From assembly GCF_006345805.1 (NCBI RefSeq), contig NC_043001.1, positions 48,360,001 to 48,424,000 of the forward strand: a DNA stretch of 64,000 bases. Direction: 5' to 3'. The position numbers and the translations under genes are program-made. This DNA is from Octopus sinensis. Its lineage: Eukaryota. The number at the start of each line of letters is the position of its first letter. The stretch's first letter is position 1. Shown here piece after piece: positions 49,213 through 62,624 of this stretch. A model generated the notes under the pieces. It ran no database searches. It had not been told where the DNA came from and saw nothing but the letters and a program-made list of their open reading frames with translations.

Positions 49213-50416
49213 CACACACACACACACACACACATACACACACACACACACACACTAACACACACAAATACATATGCATACATATATGTATAAATACATA
49301 TATATAAGCATATATACATATATTATATATATATATATATGCATATAACTGTATATATTTATATATGTAAATGCCATATATATGCGTGTGTGTGTATTTA
49401 TATGAACATATTAATGTATGTATATATATAATTATATTTTATTTATACATACATATATGTTTCTATATATGTATGTTTGTATGCATGTGTGCATATATGA
49501 ATGTATGTATGTATGTATAAAGTAGTAAAGCAAAACAACAAAGGAGAAAGAAAAAGAGACAGAGACAGAGAGACAGAGAGACAGACAGAAGGAAATTGTA
49601 AACTTAAATAGAAAGGAAGAGCAGAAAAAAAAAGCAAGAAGAAAAGAAACATGATCAGTAAAGATGACAATAACGAAAAAAAGGAAAGAAAGAAAAGATG
49701 ACGCAGTCGCGCCGTTGGTAAGATTTGTCAGATTATGTTCGTCTGGAATTATTTTCTGCCAATGTCTTTCATCTTCCTCTTTATTTACTAGACTAGACTT
49801 CAAGCATTGAATTGCCTTTTGATGCATTCACGCACGCACACAGGAACACACACACACACACACACACACACAAAGGCAAATGCATACACACACAAATAAC
49901 GTACATGTATGCGCATTGATACACACAATTGTCATTCAGACATACATACGAGATATCAATGCACGTATTTCTATTCACCTACATTCAACACACACGCACA
50001 CACGCACACATACAAACACACACACACATACACACACACTTACACACACACATATGTATATGTTCTCTTTTGGAATAGTGGATCTCGGAGCATACAAGGC
50101 TTAAATGGTAACATGTAGATATTGGTTTGGAATCCCAAAGGATTTTTCAAGCCAATATTTATGTTATTATAAATTCATGTGCTTCGAGATCCAATGTTAC
50201 GAAAGAGAATTATCTCACGTTCTCTCGAAAGTTTAAATGTGTGTGTGTGTGTGTGGTGTGTGTGTGTGTGTGTGCAGATATATGATGATGGCCGTCCATT
50301 CGTGTGACTGAGGAAGTCCATTGATCATTGCCCGTGCATGAGATTGTTGCGCCAACAGTCGGTTTCATCCGGGTTCGCGTCCGCGGCTTCTACGCTTAGC
50401 TCGGTTCCCTCCTACA

Positions 50417-50454
<38 letters not shown>

Positions 50455-50455
<1 letters not shown>

Positions 50456-50676
50456 GACCGGGTGCTGAAGATAACCTGGCTTGGGGTAAAAAAAAATCTT
50501 CGGAGAGAATCAGTTAATCAGGATTTGATTCAACATACTCCCCTCACGGATTCACACACACAGCAGCGGTCCTTTAGTTTCTCTAAGCCTTGTAAAAAGA
50601 AAAAACTCGGAAGTTTGGACCTCGAACCAGGCCCTATACGATATCCTTTTAGCCAGGATTTTTCAGCACCCCCTTC
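50455..50676. mobile_element. mariner-type MITE
   Basis: GGGTGCTGAAGATAACCTGGCT and AGCCAGGATTTTTCAGCACCC are imperfect inverted repeats near TA ends. Confidence 0.6.
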
Positions 50677-51189
50677 TATGTGTACACACACATCTGTGAC
50701 ACAGTATTTCAATTTTTCTCATTCTACTATGCTCCACAGGGAATTATGGGTCCCCTACAGCCTATGAAATTGCAGCGTCTCTACGTATCTAGGACAAGAA
50801 GACATAATAATGAATATGATTACACTTACTTACGTAAATATGATTGTGGTTTTAAGCGAATTGCCCAAGTGAATCAGGATTATTACCTACTGCAAATGGT
50901 TCGCTTGCTTCCAAAACACACTAAAGGTTACGACATGACTCTCGTGCGAACATAAGAAGCAAATTAGGCATATAGAAATTTATTCATACGATAGGCAGCA
51001 TCAAATCGGTAACTTTGAACTGCTTCAATTTCATAAGAGGGCATTTTCTACATTTGTTAAAATTCGATGGTGGACAGCTCTAATAACTACGAAAGAATTA
51101 ACGGGGTCTCAAAAGAGAACGTTGCGAAAACTTTACGAACGAAAATGAAACTTAAATGACAGTATTTGAAGAGACGTTGTGCTTCTTCA

Positions 51190-51600
51190 TTGAGATTCTG
51201 GGTTCAGTCGCACACCTTCGCACCTGGGGCAAGCGTGACTTGTACTACGGCCGCAAAGTAAACCAAAGCCTTTTGAGTAGATCTTTGCAAACGGAAACTA
51301 AAAGAAACCTGTCGTGCATATGAATGTGTGTGTGCGTATGTGTGGGAGTGTGTGTACGTATATCTATGTGTTCGCATTTTTGTGTTTGAGTTAAGCCCTC
51401 AACGCGTGACAACCGGTATTAGTTTGTTTATGTCCTTATAATTTAGTCATTTGGCAACAAGAGACAGACAGACAAACAGAATAACTATCAGGCTTTAAGA
51501 AAATAGGTACCGAGATCGATTTGGTCGAATAAACCCTTCAAGACATTGCCCCAGCTTGGCCGCGTAATCTAAAGACGAAAGCAAGTAAAAGATAAATGAT
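51190..51600 (+). mobile_element. SINE2, strongly diverged
   Basis: GGGTTCAGTCGCAC…AACGGAAACTAAAAGAAAC…CCCAGCTTGGCCGC…GCAAGTAAAAGA. Confidence 0.65.
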
Positions 51601-52771
51601 ATTAGTCCAACAGAAAATATATATCCACTGCTGTCTCTTTATTGCTACCAAAAGTACAACCAGTCCATGAAGACCTGGATGAATTACAATTACAATTCAC
51701 ATGTTATAATTCGAATGTAAGCAAATTCATTCAAAGACATTTGACAATATACAATGAAATTAATATCAATAGGAATTCGTTTACATGAACTTTTATAGCT
51801 TAACAACGCTCTCAGATTTAATTTTATGTTAAAAAGTTATGTCTAAAAAAAAATAAGTTCTAATAGTTAAGCTTTAAATCATTGATGTGCAACGCACACA
51901 TATATAATTTATTTCACATTTTATTCAGCAGAAATGACATATCTTTGCAAATAACGAACAAAATATTCAAATATTATAATAATGGCAGTAAGGCTTGTGG
52001 TGAGGAAAGCGATGCCCCCACCACCACCACCAGTAACCAAAACAACCACTATAACAACAATCAACCGTTACCATGTCTCTCCCCCTCCCTCTCTCTCTCT
52101 CTATCTCCCTCTCTTTCTCCGTTCAGTATAATCATTATAAATGTTACTGCAGCCAACACCACTACCATGACTATCAGAACCTTCTTATTCTTAATTACTT
52201 TCCTTAACGTAACGGATTCCTTATGTTAAAGATATTATATTAGTAATATAACTGATCAAGGTGATGATCTGGCAGAAGCGTTAAAGAGGACGTAAGAAAT
52301 GCTTCGAGGCATTTCTTCCGGCTCTTTACATTCCGAGTTCAAATCCCACTGAAGTTAACTTTGGCTTTCATCTGAAGTCCTTAAAATAAAGTATCATTTA
52401 AGCACATAGGTCAATGGTATTGCTGAATTTTTTCACCCCGGATTTCTTTAACGTGTGCCTAAATTGGAAACAAAATATTACATCAATAGAGAATGGGCCA
52501 AACAGAACAGACGCAGATACGTGGAATGGAGAGTCGTTGAAGAGGTCACAGGACGTGTTTTGAAACATTTCCAGACAAACGACAAAATAGAAAAATAAGA
52601 ATAATAAATATAATAAAATATAACAATAATAAATCTGAAGAATGAATATATAATGCATGTGTTTATTTAGCAAAAAAAAATGACAGTCCCGAAATATAAC
52701 AATATCCTTTTCAACATATAAACAATATCCGTATTACAACTGTTAAATGAAATCAAATTTAGGAGCGGCTA

Positions 52772-52870
52772 CCGTATTTTCCGGCATACAAGTCGAAGTT
52801 TTCGGACCAATATGTTCAATCAAAAATTAAGATAGGTCGACTTATACATCAAGACGACTTTGGCCGAGCA
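52772..52870 (+). mobile_element. pogo-like transposon end
   Basis: TA|CCGTATTTTCCGGCATACAAGTCG with GTCGACTTATAC subterminal motif; the other end was not found. Confidence 0.5.
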
Positions 52871-53254
52871 AAAATTCCATGTATAATGCAGCAGGATTTG
52901 GAAATATAGTCACAACTTTGGGATGTTTATACAATATACTTCGTTGAGTTGTATGCCAGAAAATATGGTAATCTACGTGAAAAACAAAATAGGCTTCATT
53001 TCAAAGGGAAATTTTTTTAATGCCCGTATATATTTTTCTGCCAACCGACACAATATAGAATGTTCATTTGGTTCTATTCTCCATAACAATTACAAAATAT
53101 TTTGTGTTTCAAAATGGTTTGTTGAGAAGATTATGACTTTAGACTCTGAAAACAAATTGGAGCAGAAAGGAAAAAAGTGGGATTTTAAAGCTATTTGCCC
53201 ACTTTATTCTCAATGTATTTAAATAGATTACTTGTTTCAAAATTTCGTTTTGGG

Positions 53255-54142
53255 ATTTGGTTTGCAAGATTCTTTATGTGAGTTCGTGTATTGAAGTATA
53301 TTTTGTTGTGTCTGGGGAGAGTCATTCTCTTTTAGTGCCTTATTATTTAACACTCATTTATTTATTTATCATTTCTCGAATTTTGGTGGTAACTCTAAAG
53401 CATGCATTTCATCTTTCTCTAGTTGTACCGTATATTCCAGAGGTATAATTTTTGTTGTTGGTGGCGGTGGAGGTATTGTTTGTTGGTGTCCTGGTGCCGA
53501 AGTCTTCTGGTAGTTTACATTTCGACATGACAATTCCGTCGATATTGTTTGGTGTTTGTATTGATTCTTACCTTGCTGGGATTGTTGTTGCTGTTTCATC
53601 CACTTGAGTTTATTGTTGAAGTGTTTGCTACAGTCATGGTTTACTCGGCGGTATTCTTGTTGGATGTTTGTCATGAATCTGTCTCTTTCGTGTGGTGTAG
53701 TGGTGTTTTTTTTTTAGTTCATGCAGCAGGACTTTCATTTCTGGTACTGGTTGATTTTTGTGTATATTTTCTTATTTCTTTTTTTTTTTTTTGCAACATC
53801 GTGTGTTTTAGTTTTCTTCCTTGATGTTCTGTGAGTCCCAGCCGAATTGACAGATTTCGTGTAAAGCTTGGAGGAAATGTATGTTTTAATGAAGTGGAGT
53901 TGCCGGGTAGCTATTTAGACAACAGAACAGTGTTTCTTAGTGTTTTGCTAGCTTGGCCAAAGCTTATTTTATTTTGTCTTTGAATTTGGTTTGCAAGATT
54001 CTTTATGTGAGTTCATGTGTTGAAGCATATTTTGTGTCTGGGGAGAGTTATTCTCTTTTAACGCCTTATTATTTAACACACACACCGGTGAAGTTTCCAC
54101 TCATTTACTTATTTATCTTTTCTCGAATTTTGGTGGTCACTC
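53255..54142. repeat. About 140-160-bp direct repeats (53255-53395 and 53984-54142) around a low-complexity coding-like spacer; possible Penelope-like terminal duplication
   Basis: Both copies run from ATTTGGTTTGCAAGATTCTTTATGTGAG to GAATTTTGGTGGT(A/C)ACTC. The second has an extra ACACACCGGTGAAGTTTCC segment. Confidence 0.7.
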
Positions 54143-54609
54143 ATGTAATTCTGTGATGTAATACCTCCTTAGACGATTAACACACAACAGGAAATTCCAG
54201 GTGATGTGGAAACGAACAATTAATAAAGTTCATTTTTGTAATAGCAAATATGCAGCAGTTCACAATTACGCCTGAAATACAAATGAAATTGAAAAACGGA
54301 AACGAGGAAGTGGTGTTTCCATACAAGCAAATTAATAAAATCAGTTTTTATTTAACTCCCCTCCACGCACAACAAATCCAGACTATACTAAATTAAAACT
54401 ACTTGCCTCATTTATCACACTGATATCACCGTTGCATCTGCATATATTTTACTACTTCATTTAATTACCCATTAATCATTCGCTTTCTAAAACTTCACGC
54501 CGTTACAACCCTCACATACACTTTAGCATCATTAATCTTAAGAACTAACATTGCATATTAGTATATACTCCTGTGTATGCATTTAATAGTTTGTTATTAT
54601 AATTATTGT

Positions 54610-54810
54610 ATATGCACGCTGGGAAAAATGCTTCACGTCATTCCATCCGTCTTGACGTTCTGAGTTCAAATTCCGCCGAGATCGACTTTCCCTGTCATCC
54701 TATTGTTGATGAAGCAAGTATCACTAAAAGACTGAGATCGATGTAATACATTAGTCCTCTTCCCCAAAAATTTCAAGCCTTGTGCATTTAGTAGAAAGGA
54801 TTATATATCT
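54610..54810 (+). mobile_element. SINE1a, diverged
   Basis: AAAATGCTT…TTCTGAGTTCAAATTCCGCCGAGATCGAC…AAGCCTTGTGCATTTAGTAGAAAGGATTAT. Confidence 0.75.
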
Positions 54811-55164
54811 ATGTATATATACGTAAATGTCGAACGATGAAAATGAGTGCTCAAATACGCATTGATGGGTAGAATTTCTTTATTTGTGAATTAAGAATAT
54901 CATTGGTTTCATATTAAGAAAAATATAGTATCTTAACAATTTTTCAAGTCGATCACATGGAGGAATGATGCTTGCCTCCATTTTGGACGATAATGGTCCC
55001 TGTTAGTGTTTACGTTTAAATTCATGCGCGTTAACTACGGCATTAGAGTGATTTAGCTCTTATTTCTAGTAATGTAGGTGTTTCCTAACACCCTTGTCAC
55101 ATTTAGTGATAATTATAATTCTCCTTTTTGAAACATTGCAAACTGCTGTTTATATCAATCATAC

Positions 55165-55365
55165 TCTTTACTCTTTTACTTGTTTCAGTCATTTAACTGC
55201 GGCCATGCTGGAACACCGCCTTTAATCGAGCAACTCGACCCCGGGACTTATTCTTTTGTAAGCCCAGTAGTTATTCTATCGGTCTCTTTTGCCGAACCGC
55301 TAAGTAACGGGGATATAAACACACCAGCATCGGTTGTCAAGGACAAACACAGACACACAACCACA
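55165..55365 (-). mobile_element. SINE2 3' module
   Basis: TCTTTTACTTGTTTCAGTCATTTAACTGCGGCCATGCTGGAACACCGCC…CCAGCATCGGTTGTCAAG. Confidence 0.85.
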
Positions 55366-55369
55366 CACA

Positions 55370-55402
<33 letters not shown>

Positions 55403-55797
55403 CTGAAATGCGTTTTTACCGCTTGGATCGCTTTCAATGCCACTACATCCCGTCCGATTCGCTCCAAAATTTACAGGTACATGTAGAATGAGGTGACGAT
55501 GCCCGTGGGCTACCTTAGAAATCCCTCTCTTGAAAGGTGTGGTTGCTAGGGGCCATCTTCCTCACTCACGCTATTTCCTCCTTTCCCTCTCTTACTCCCC
55601 TTCATTTATAACTTTGAGAATTCCACTACCGTTATTTAATGTATTCCCCTCAACTCCCTTTCACTTTCCCTTTATAAGTTCGTCAGACGGCTTTCTTTGA
55701 TGTATCTGTCTGCATTCATAGGGAGAATTATCATCGCTACCAACAACACACAATCATGAGAACAAATATTATGAATCAGATATTCATTGCGTTCATT

Positions 55798-55861
<64 letters not shown>

Positions 55862-56155
55862 CGATATATAAATATGTATATATAATGTATATACACAAAG
55901 TGTATATATCTGTATTTATGTATATTAAACTTTTTAATACTTTTTGATAGTTATATATATTTTTAAACAAATTATAAATATAATTTAATAATTTTTATTT
56001 TAAATTTAAATAATTTAAATTTTTCAATTTTATATATTTTCTATATTATATTTTTATTTTTATGTTTTTGTTTTTGGTTTTTTTTTGCCTAATAGTGGTT
56101 TTATCTCTAATCTAATTTATACATATATATATATAATTTGTATATATAATGCGTG

Positions 56156-56213
<58 letters not shown>

Positions 56214-56264
56214 GTGTGCATTATGTGGTCGGTCGGTTCAGCTGAAAATATGCACACCTATGAA

Positions 56265-57354
56265 CCCTTTCGTTACTATATTTCTGACCAAAATACACCC
56301 CTTATGTGTTTCAATTAATTTCTAACATAATCATAAGGTTAGTCTGGTTTCATTAAACAACTATAACTTTTTATTTAGCAATATATTAATCTGATTTTTG
56401 GAAGATAATTGAATGAAATGTTCTCAACCAATTCTATACTATAATTTTTGTCACAAAGTGACTCTAATTGCAGGTAGATACAGGTAAATTCAACAAAATA
56501 TAAAATTATTAAAATTTTGTTGAAACATCGCTATAGAAAATGGGTTATTAGCTAATATTCAATTGGGTATACAACAAAATTTTACGATAGAATTTGTTAT
56601 TCTGGGTAACTATCTGATACCCATAATAATATTTATGGCAAAATAGTCTTAATTTCATTTAAGGTTGTGGGAAACCACTAACTATCCTTTCTTTCGCTTT
56701 GTTTACATTTAGCGTAACGGTTCGTTTCCGCCGTAATGATTTCAAATAGGCTCATCCGAAAAAGTAAAAAGAAATAGTCTAAGGCTTTACTCTCCTGGGA
56801 AAGTCTGTGGCTTGGTCAAGTTTCTTCAGAAAAATCACCGAAAGAAACAGTTTTTCAATTTTCACTCCATTCAGGTGCCAATTCATTTTCTTTATCGCTG
56901 TCGGAGCTCTCAGATTCACCGTTTTCACTTTCGGAAAATGAAACATCAGATTCATTATCAAATACCACGTACTTTTTTTTTTCAGTCGTAGAGTTAGATT
57001 TATCAAGGTCTTCAGTAGAAAATCCTTCAAATTCTGACTCGCTGCTTGATATAATGAAATTCGTATCCATCTTTTGTCAGAATTACAAAGTTTGAAAACA
57101 CAATAGGAACAAATTTCGGAAAAAAATCTCCCAAAATTCACGGAATTAAAATTACACTTCGATTGTTGTACAAAACTGTAGATGAACTGTTTACGAAGTA
57201 TAATCACGTGTTTTCACGAGTGTAATAAAGAGATTTGCTCTGATATTCTCATTTAAATACGTATGAATAGGTAAATACGGGCGGGCTTATGCGGTTTGGT
57301 CACATTAACCAAAATCTTTTTCGGGCGGCTTTGGGCGGTTTGGTAACGAAAGGG
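56265..57354 (-). mobile_element. piggyBac-like non-autonomous element with acidic transposase N-terminal remnant
   Basis: 12-bp TIR CCCTTTCGTTAC at both ends. Flanks are TTAA (57355-57358) and TGAA (56261-56264, degenerate TTAA). ORF SESEFEGFSTEDL…DNESDVSFSES…EWSEN. Confidence 0.85.
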
Positions 57355-58099
57355 TTAAAAGTGCTGGCAAGATTGCATGACAACTATTTTTTTCCTCAAA
57401 TGAAAGGCGTGACCTCTAGGACAAAATTCCTCATCTTATAAAATGTGGCCCCAGTAGACCCGAATGAAATCGGGTTATATTCACCAAAAGGTGAAAAGGG
57501 GTATAAATGGGTCTGGAAGGGGATTAAAATTTAAAGGAGCGAGTGTTTAGGAATTCTCTGTTACATCAAGCTAAAAAATTTTCGCCAGCCTTTTAATCGT
57601 CAATGTGTTGCCGTCCATGATGAAGAAGTTTTGAATGCTTGCCATGGTGAGTCTACTGTCGTGAGAAAGAATCACTTCAAAACTTGGTGTTTACGATTTT
57701 TCTTTTACATCAAGTTCAAAATTTTACGCCAGCCGTTAAACTGTCAATACGTTGCTGTCCATCGTTAAGAAATGCCAGCCATGGTGACTCTACTATCCTC
57801 AAATTCTATCCCTTCAAAATTTGGTTTCCAATATTTTATTATTTTTATTCAGCTCGCAAGTTCGTCTGTCCCTTTTAAATGTTAGCGTTTTGCTGTCTGC
57901 CTTGAAGCAGACCTTTCCGTTGCCACTGCCTGATATTTATGATTGATCTTTCTAAATATTTTATTTCTCAACTTACTCAAGATCTTTTGTTGTTTATAAT
58001 TCGGAGAGAGATAGATAAAGATAGAGAGTCCGAGAGAAAAGAAAAGTAAGAGAGTGGGAAAGTGAGAGAGAAAAGAGAGAGAAACAAAGAGGGAGAATC

Positions 58100-58410
58100 A
58101 TCATCATCATCATCGTTTAACGTCCGTTTTCCGTGCTAGCACGGGTTGGACAGTTTGACCGGGGTCTAGGAAGCCAGGAGGCGGCACAGGGCTCCAGTCT
58201 GATCTGGCAGTGTTTCTACAGGTGGATGCCCTTCCTAACGCCAACCACTCTGTGAGTGTAGTGGGTGCTTTTTTCGTGCCGCCGGCACAGGTGCCAGGGG
58301 GGCTCGCAGCGGCAACGATCGGTTGGTGCTTTTTACGTGCCACCGGCACAGAAGCCAGTCAAGGCGGCGCTGCAATCGGCCACGTTCGGATGGTGCTGAA
58401 AGGAAGCAAC
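58100..58410 (-). mobile_element. (GAT)n-tailed retroposon (SINE or RTE-related 3' end)
   Basis: The reverse complement ends GCTAGCACGGAAAACGGACGTTAAACGATGATGATG. It contains GTTAGGAAGGGCATCC and an internal duplicated GGTGCTTTTT…CGTGCC…CCGGCACAG. Confidence 0.7.
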
Positions 58411-58463
58411 AGAAAGTAACAACCACACTCTTACCCGCGCGTAGAGCGGGTCACCTTCAGCTA

Positions 58464-58506
<43 letters not shown>

Positions 58507-58526
58507 ATATATATATACACATATAT

Positions 58527-58687
58527 ACGACGGGCTTCTTTCAGTTTCCGTCTACCAAATCCACTCACAAGGCTTTGGTCGGCCGAGGCTATTGTAGAAG
58601 ACACTTACCCAAGGTGCCACGCAGTGGGACTGAACGCGGAACCATGTGGTTGGTAAACAAGCTACTTACCACACAGCCACTCTTGCG

Positions 58688-58742
<55 letters not shown>

Positions 58743-58890
58743 TATATATATGACGGGCTTCTCTCAATTTCCGTTTACCAAATTCACTCACAAGGCTTTG
58801 TTCGGCCCGCGTCTATATTGAAAGACACTTGCCCTGACTGAACTCAGAACTGTATGGTTGAGAAGCAATCTTCTTACCGCACAACCATGC
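58527..58890 (-). mobile_element. Two tandem SINE2 5' modules separated by (TA)n
   Basis: GACGGGCTTCTTTCAGTTTCCGTCTACC…CACAGCCAC (58527-58690), repeated at about 58752-58890. Confidence 0.85.
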
Positions 58891-60084
58891 CCGTCGATAC
58901 CAAGTCAGATATCAAAATATCCATTATCAGTGGCCACACATATATATATATATATGGCAACTGACTTCTTCACCAAGAGAGAGTTTAGACTAAAATTATA
59001 ATGTCGCAGTATGTTCCCCAAGCGCATGCTCATAACTTGTGCTTCATTGCACGCACGCACGTGGCACTTACGCACTCATACATACATATACACATATAGG
59101 TGTGTGTACATAGATAGATAGGTCGATAAATACATATGTAGACAAATAGACAGATTAATTGATAGATAGATACCATACTTCACTGGCGTGCTAAATAATT
59201 ATATACACACTATACTTGTACGTGTATGTGTGTGCATAAGCATATACAAGTACGAGTGTATCTACTATAATTACTTATGTATACATACAAATATATATAC
59301 AGATACATACACACATACAAATACACATGTATGTATGTATGTATGTATGTATGTATGTATGCATGTATGTATGTATGTGATTCACTTATTCACTTTCTTT
59401 AATTAGGTGCTATTTGTTTACATGATAAAATTTATATTGAAATGTATTAATAAAATTTCATGTTCTGCTTTCTTTTCTTTTTCTCATTTATTTCTCCTCT
59501 AATTGAGCATTCTGCAACTGATCACGTTGCTACTTTGTTTTTGCTGTAATATGTGCTATAGTGTTGATGTTATTGTTGTTGTTGGTCTTGTTTCGTTTTG
59601 TGATTTAAATTTCACTATATTATTGTTTATTTGTTTTTTCTCTGATATTAGTAATAATTGTAGTTGATATTGTTGTTGCCGTTGTTGTTGTTGTTGTTGC
59701 TGTTGTTTTGTCTCGAGGGCTATTTTTAAGCTCCACGCTATTACACTCAATGACCAGGCAGTATTTTGTATACAAACCAATTTTATCTTTACTTTCTAAG
59801 CAATAATGAATAGAAATAAGATATAATAATGATTCCTAACATATAGACAAAAGCCGACACATTTCCAGAAAGGTTATAATCGATGACATTACTATTTATT
59901 TGGTTGATATTTGTTTCATCAACCTCATAGCCGTCATTCACAAGCTAGTGTGACCCAGTAGCTTTTACCCGGCTCTTATTAACTGTTTGAGGTTCGTCTG
60001 CAATCGAAAGCATAGATATCCTTTCGGTCTTTCCACCTCTTCATTCAGCAGAACACCGAGGATGTAACAACTGGCTGGAGAAAG

Positions 60085-60458
60085 GGAGGCATCAGTAATA
60101 AGCTGATTAGATGGACCCCAGTACTCAACTGGTACTAAACTTATCGATTCCAAAAGGATATAAGTCATGGTCGATCGCCGTGGAATTTGAACTCAGAACA
60201 TAAAGACAGACGAAATACCTATTTCTTTACTACCCACAAGGGGCTAAACACAGAGAGGACAAACAAGGACAGACAAACGGATTAAGTCGATTACATCGAC
60301 CCGAAGTGCGTAACTGGTACTTATTTAATCGACCCCGAAAGGATGAAAGGTAAAGTCGACCTCGACGGAATTTGAACTCAGAACGAAGCGGCAGACGAAA
60401 TACCGCTAAGCACTTTCGAAATACCGCTAAGCTAACGTTTTTGCCATCTCGCCGCCTT
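60085..60458 (-). mobile_element. SINE1a host with nested SINE1b (60220-60416), 9-bp TSD
   Basis: TSD CGAAATACC (GGTATTTCG on the element strand) at 60211-60219 and 60417-60425. Confidence 0.9.
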
Positions 60459-60727
60459 ATAATAATCTTAATATTAACGATATACCCTGTTAAGACAGTG
60501 GCAAAGAAATCTACTTGGTTAATAGCTCGAAAGACTGTACACAGGGGGAAACAAAATAGAAAAACGTCAGCATCTACGAGCGAGCGCTGGGCTCATAGTT
60601 GGGACCATATTGCGCACCAGCAAGTGAAGCAGAATACTGAATGTAACAACAGAATATTTAGAGACTGACAAGAAACAATTAACCACATTGGCTGTAGCTA
60701 CTTATTCTCAAATGAAGTATAATATAA

Positions 60728-61016
60728 TATCACTGTGATCGACCAGGCTATCAGATGTTGCTACACATCGCTGGTCACAATGTGCTTCGCATTGTTTTAG
60801 CCTTCAAATGACGCCACCCCGCTGGCTAAGCGAGCAGGCCAACAGAAGAAAGAGTGAGAGAAAGTTGTAGCGAAAGAGTACAGCAGAGATCGCCACTATC
60901 CCCTGCCGGAGCCTCGTGGAGCTTTAGGTGTTTTCGCTCAATAAACACTCACTACGCCTGGTCTGGGAATCGAAACCGCGAGTCCGCTGCCCTAACCACT
61001 GGGCCATTGCGCCTCC
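60728..61016 (-). mobile_element. tRNA-derived SINE3
   Basis: Reverse-complement head GGAGGCGCAATGGCCCAGTGGTTAGGGCAGCGGACTCGCGGTTTCGATTCCCAGACC (A and B boxes). Confidence 0.9.
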
Positions 61017-61429
61017 ACATAATATAATATACATCTCATAAATTAAGACGCCAAAAAGTTTTAACATAGCCTGCGGAATTCGAATGCCGCGTCCATTGTG
61101 AACCATGAAGCTGAAGCTAATCAATACACAATAGGGACATCAAAATCTTAATAGTAAAAATTAGAAGGTTTAAACTCAGTAACTAAGATGACACATATCA
61201 GCGATCCGAAACCGAGAAATCACATTGGTGTCTAATACAGAAGAATACAGGAAAAAGTTGTAACATTATGCTTGGGTTTTTGCTGTAAACCATATGACTG
61301 TACCAACAGACGTGATAGCATTAGAACTTTCTAAACAGCGAAGATTAAACTACTATTATGAAATACCGATTGAAATTAACTGGTATAAATATGCAAAAGC
61401 GTTTGGGAATTAAAAAGTGAATGTGCATA

Positions 61430-61780
61430 CCTGGGTGGTTAAAAAGCTTTCTTCGCACCACGTGTTACAAGGTTCAGTCCCACTCTATGCTACCTTGGGC
61501 AAGTGTCTTCTAATATAGCCCCGCGTCGACCAATGCTTTGTGACTTAATTTGATAGACAGATTCTGTTAGAATGCCTGTCGTATATGAGTGCGCGAGTTT
61601 TTCTTTGTCTCTCTCACAACCAGTGTTGGTTTGTTTGTGTTTATTGGTTTCTTTCAGCGGTTCAACAGTCCAGCCAATAGAGACCAATAGTCTACATACC
61701 AGACATGCAATAAATACTAGGATCGATCTAAAGAATTAAATTCTTCAAAGAGATTCTCTAGCATAGCAGCAAAATAATAA
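61430..61780 (+). mobile_element. SINE2, diverged
   Basis: GGTTCAGTCCCACT…CCTTGGGCAAGTGTCTTC…CAGCGGTTC. Confidence 0.7.
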
Positions 61781-62624
61781 AAGAATTATAAAAACTTTTC
61801 CGGATCCCACCAAACGGTGAGATTAAGTTCAAATCTGGACATTCATGTTACGAATGAACAGTAAGGGTAATATCTCATGATCACTTGTCCTTCTCAATAG
61901 AGAATAATGATTCTCTAAAAGAAATGGTGAATCTATCCAAGTGTAAAGATTTGAAAAGTAAAGCAGAAATAATCCTGGCAATCAGGATTTATCTCTATAA
62001 CATACAAAAAATTGAATAATTAGGCTCTCCACGCAGGAAAGTGCATTTTGAGACATATATGAAACAGTAAAATAGATGACTCGAGACAGATTAGATAGAT
62101 ACCAGTTAAGAGAACCGCCAGATATAAAGTACATGCAAGTCCTCAAGTTGTGAGGGTGTGTCGCCTCATAGGTTCGATTCCAAGACTAGTCGGTGCGTTG
62201 CGCTCTTGAGCAAAACACTTCACTTCACGTCGCTTTATGATCACTTTTATACTGGACATGGAGCACACCGTGCGCCTGTACAGGCAATAACGATTTGAGG
62301 AAGGGAATACACTAATGTACAACACAAATATTTCATCACTATAAACAATTTATCTGTGCAGGTTATTCAGCAATAGCGTTCAGCTAGAAATGGCAGAATC
62401 GTTTTTGTCGAACACGAAGGGTTACCAAGAGTTAATGTTGTCTTTCACCTCGCTGCATTAATAATTCAAAATTTAATTAACATTCCCGAGTTGTCACCCT
62501 TTTGCTTTGACTAGATTTGATAAACGTCAGTCATTGAGCTGATGTTTCCGTCTCCTCATTGCGAAGATAATTTTACCTGATTGAAATTTGTTAACATTCT
62601 CTCATCTATTATGCTTCATGTACA

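Noticed and set aside
57380-57900. Additional Tc1/mariner-like remnant
   Set aside because: Only faint motif echoes on the minus strand; no TIR or catalytic motif could be read reliably.
60960-61016. tRNA gene calls at SINE heads (also SINE1 and SINE2 heads)
   Set aside because: A- and B-box-like motifs are present, but there is no complete cloverleaf and each continues into a SINE body and tail.
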